From NCBI GenBank assembly GCA_963743795.1, contig CAVUQZ010000010.1, forward strand, positions 308,285 through 372,284: 64,000 bases of DNA, read 5' to 3'. The translations under genes and the position numbers were made by a program. The notes under the pieces are model-generated. The model ran no database searches. It saw only the letters and a program-made list of their open reading frames with translations, and was not told the origin of the DNA. Of this stretch, positions 61,726 to 64,000 are shown in pieces (the first letter of the stretch is position 1; the number at the start of each line of letters is the position of its first letter). This DNA is from an uncultured Chloroflexia bacterium (GTDB lineage: Bacteria > Chloroflexota > Limnocylindria > Limnocylindrales > CSP1-4).

Positions 61726-62277
61726 CTACTGCCGCGCGCGTTCCCCGGCGAGGGTCAACTCAAACCAGACGGCTTTCTCCGGGTCCACCAGATTCTCGAC
61801 GATGCGGCGGATGGACTCGCGGTACGCCGGCCAGACGGCCATCTCCAGCGCCTCCGCCGGCGAGACCCAGCGCATGGCGTCATGCTCGTGCGAAAGGACC
61901 GGCTCTTCTGCCTCGCGGAGCCGTACGGCGAAGATCACGCCGCTCACTACGCCGCCCAGGGACGGCTCGTAGAACTGGTTGACCTGGTCCAGGTCGTAGA
62001 AGGCGGCTATCTGCTCCGGCCCGAAACCCGTCTCTTCGCGCAGCTCGCGGAGCGCTCCGGCTGGGACTGTCTCACCCGGCTCCAGGCGACCCGAGACGCA
62101 TTGCCACAGACCGGGCAGGATCCGGCCTGGGGAACGCCGCAGGAGCAAGATCTCGGTGTCCATTCCGGGCGCCGCGGCGCCCGGCAGACTCGCACCCGGA
62201 TCTAGCGCCGCAGCGCCCTTTCGGTCTCGAAAGATCCAGACGTCGACGATATCCGGGCGGAACGGGCTCACCTGCAA
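61726..62277 (-). CDS. NUDIX hydrolase
   Basis: Nudix box GLWQCVSGRLEPGETVPAGALRELREETG preceded by VDVWIFRD...EILLLRR strands. Confidence 0.75.
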   Translation of the reverse strand: MQVSPFRPDIVDVWIFRDRKGAAALDPGASLPGAAAPGMDTEILLLRRSPGRILPGLWQCVSGRLEPGETVPAGALRELREETGFGPEQIAAFYDLDQVNQFYEPSLGGVVSGVIFAVRLREAEEPVLSHEHDAMRWVSPAEALEMAVWPAYRESIRRIVENLVDPEKAVWFELTLAGERARQ

Positions 62278-62300
62278 ACCTCAGAACGCGCCGGCGCGAG

Positions 62301-62630
62301 CTAGATCCGCTCGAAACGCTCGACTGGCAGGACGAAGACCACGGCGCCGCCCACGTCTACCTCGAGCGGATACGGCAGGAAGAACTCGCCGGGCTCCATG
62401 ATTGGCGGGATCGGGCTTACCGTCTGAGTTCGAGCGTGGCAGTTCTCGCGGACGATGCCCACTATCTCGTCCACCTTCGCGTCGTCGACGCCAAGCAGGA
62501 TCGTCGCGTTGGACTGCTTCAGGAAGCCACCCGAGCTGTGCAGCCACGTGGCCCGAAACTCGTGGGACAGGAGGGCATCGATGAGGGCGCGAGCGTCCTC
62601 ATTGTGAACAACCGCGATGACCAGCTTCAC
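62301..62630 (-). CDS. darA: Cyclic-di-AMP receptor protein DarA/PstA (PII-like, DUF970)
   Basis: MKLVIAVVHNEDARALIDALLSHEFRATWLHSSGGFLKQSNATILLGVDDAKVDEIV...FLPYPLEVDVGGAVVFVLPVERFERI aligns along its whole 109 aa with Bacillus YaaQ/DarA. Confidence 0.8.
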   Translation of the reverse strand: MKLVIAVVHNEDARALIDALLSHEFRATWLHSSGGFLKQSNATILLGVDDAKVDEIVGIVRENCHARTQTVSPIPPIMEPGEFFLPYPLEVDVGGAVVFVLPVERFERI

Positions 62631-62766
62631 GGGGCCGAGTATATGCGGACGGTCGCAGCCGGCGCGCCGCGAAACTCGTGACGCCCAGTCGCGACGTTTC
62701 AGTCGCGCACGGAGAAACCGGGCCGTACAATCGACGAGAGGGAATCGTCACGCGGCAGGAGGAACA

Positions 62767-63803
62767 GTGTCCGGCGAACGACCGCTCCATGAAAGTATCG
62801 ATGGCCAGACATTCGCGGCGGCGGCCGCGGCCGTCGCTCGCGGGGACGACCTGGACGACTCGCTGGCCGAACTTCTCGGCCTGGCGGCCGAGCGTCTGGG
62901 GGCGAGCCACGGGGCGATGTACATCATCGACCGGGACCACGACGAGCTCGACCTGGCAGTTACGCACGGGGTCGATGCCGCTACGGCCAAGAAGGCCGGG
63001 TCGATCAAGCGCGTGTCGCTGAGCCGCGATCCGCTTGCCGGTGTCGCCCGCTCCCGCCATCCGCTCGAGATCGACGACGCGGCGCATGTGGAGGTCTTGC
63101 GCGGAGCCGCCACGGCGCTCTTGCTGCCGCTGGTCGTCCGGCGCGACGATACGGAGCTGACGCTTGGGGTCATGGCTCTTGGCTTCACCAAACCACGGCC
63201 CTCGCGCGAAGCGAAGCTCAGCAGGAGAGGCGCTCGCCGACCTCGCGGCGGTTGCCATCGAGCGTGCGCTGACGCTCTCGCTCGGCTCGGAGCGGGCGGA
63301 GTGGTTCGATCGGCTCGCCCAAATCGATCCGCTCACGGGCCTGGCCAACCGCCGGACGATGGATCGGATGCTCGAGCTGGAAGTGGCCCGAGCGGGGCGC
63401 CAGGGATTGCCGCTGAGCATCGCCCTGATCGGGGTCGATCGCTTCGGCGAGATCCAGAAGGCGGCCGGCAATCTGGCCGCGGACGTTGCTCTGCGGCGAG
63501 TGGCTCAGATCCTCGCCGAAATCGGTCCGGCTGATCGACACGATTGCCCGCTACAGCGAAGACGAGTTCATGCTGATGGCCCCGGGCCCGGATGGGCTCA
63601 TCGTCGTCGAGCGGCTGGTCCGGAGCGTCTCGGCGCTCCCTGCGATCGACGGCCACGCCATCTCCGTCTCGGCCGGAGTCGCCAGCTTCCCGTTGGACGG
63701 GCGGACGCCAGAGGAGCTGCTCGACGTCGCCGAAGAGGCGATGCAGTCGGCACGCGTGGCCGGCGGCGACAGAGTGGCATCGCAGCCATCTCAGGTGGAC
63801 TAG
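62767..63803 (+). CDS. GAF domain-containing diguanylate cyclase (GGDEF); two frame disruptions (~63215, ~63540)
   Basis: GTG start after AGGAGG. GAF-like region (MYIIDRDHDELDLAVTHGVDAATAKKAGSIKRVSLSRDPLAGVARS...). GGDEF core (DPLTGLANRRTMDRMLELEVARAGRQGLPLSIALIGVDRFGEIQKAAGNLAADVAL in ORF 63164.., then ...RYSEDEFMLMAPGPDG...ISVSAGVASFPLDGRTPEELLDVAEEAMQSAR in ORF 63486..63803). Confidence 0.75.
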
Positions 63804-63875
63804 GGGCTGCAGTAAGGCGATACCACCCGCGCGCGGGACTCGCGTTCGGCTGGGAGTAAAGCCCAAGCCCGGGAT

Positions 63876-64000
63876 CAGAGCGTGATAGTGCCGCTGAGGA
63901 TCGTCGGGCCCGTGGGCTCGGTCACCTTGGAGTTCGGCTCTCGGCAGATGAAGATCCACATGCTCGGCGAGGTGGGAACGTTGTCCACCTCCAGGAAGCC
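63876..64000 (-). CDS. 3' end of an unidentified gene continuing beyond the window
   Basis: Minus-strand translation ...GFLEVDNVPTSPSMWIFICREPNSKVTEPTGPTILSGTITL ending in a stop at 63876..63878. Too short to assign. Confidence 0.3.

Noticed and set aside
1-64000. Mobile elements, tRNA, rRNA, CRISPR
   Set aside because: No transposase or integrase motifs, no terminal inverted repeats, no cloverleaf-compatible tRNA-like segments, and no rRNA-like conserved blocks were found on reading both strands.

Overview
High-GC (~70%) chromosomal segment, probably from a high-GC Terrabacterium (Actinobacteria- or Chloroflexi-like). F420-type enzymes, DUF4232, frequent GTG/TTG starts, Pro/Thr-rich lipoprotein linkers and ECF-type vitamin transporters fit that placement. 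I resolve about 58 protein-coding genes. I found no rRNA, tRNA, transposase, integrase or CRISPR array.

Gene content is mostly housekeeping and accessory metabolism plus signalling:
- a sugar ABC substrate-binding protein next to an unusual cytoplasmic hybrid regulator (sugar-binding domain + histidine kinase + two receiver domains + AraC HTH)
- a Gfo/Idh/MocA oxidoreductase, amidohydrolase, DUF2277, F420-type nitroreductase, FAD oxidoreductase
- a cAMP module: two standalone cNMP-binding proteins next to an adenylate cyclase/STAND ATPase/TPR protein
- two MFS transporters
- an OpuC-type osmoprotectant ABC system
- CsaA
- an ABC-2 exporter + small membrane protein + OmpR/HK two-component system + HtrA
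- a complete AmmeMemoRadiSam trio
- a phosphoesterase, phosphoglucomutase, a HicB-DinB fusion, alanine dehydrogenase, malic enzyme, aspartate-family aminotransferase
- a LacI-family regulator, DUF885, a GT87 membrane protein
- a cobalamin-riboswitch-controlled ECF transporter operon that starts with a prenyltransferase-repeat surface protein and a DUF4430 protein
- an F420-dependent LLM oxidoreductase, Fe-ADH, ABM monooxygenase
- an ECF sigma factor with an anti-sigma factor carrying three novel Cys-containing extracytoplasmic repeats
- NUDIX, the c-di-AMP receptor DarA, and a GAF-GGDEF cyclase

A recurring feature is roughly 25 single-nucleotide frame disruptions in otherwise well-conserved genes, about one per 2.5 kb. 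This looks like an indel-rich assembly rather than mass pseudogenisation. I report those genes as CDS with the disruption noted.
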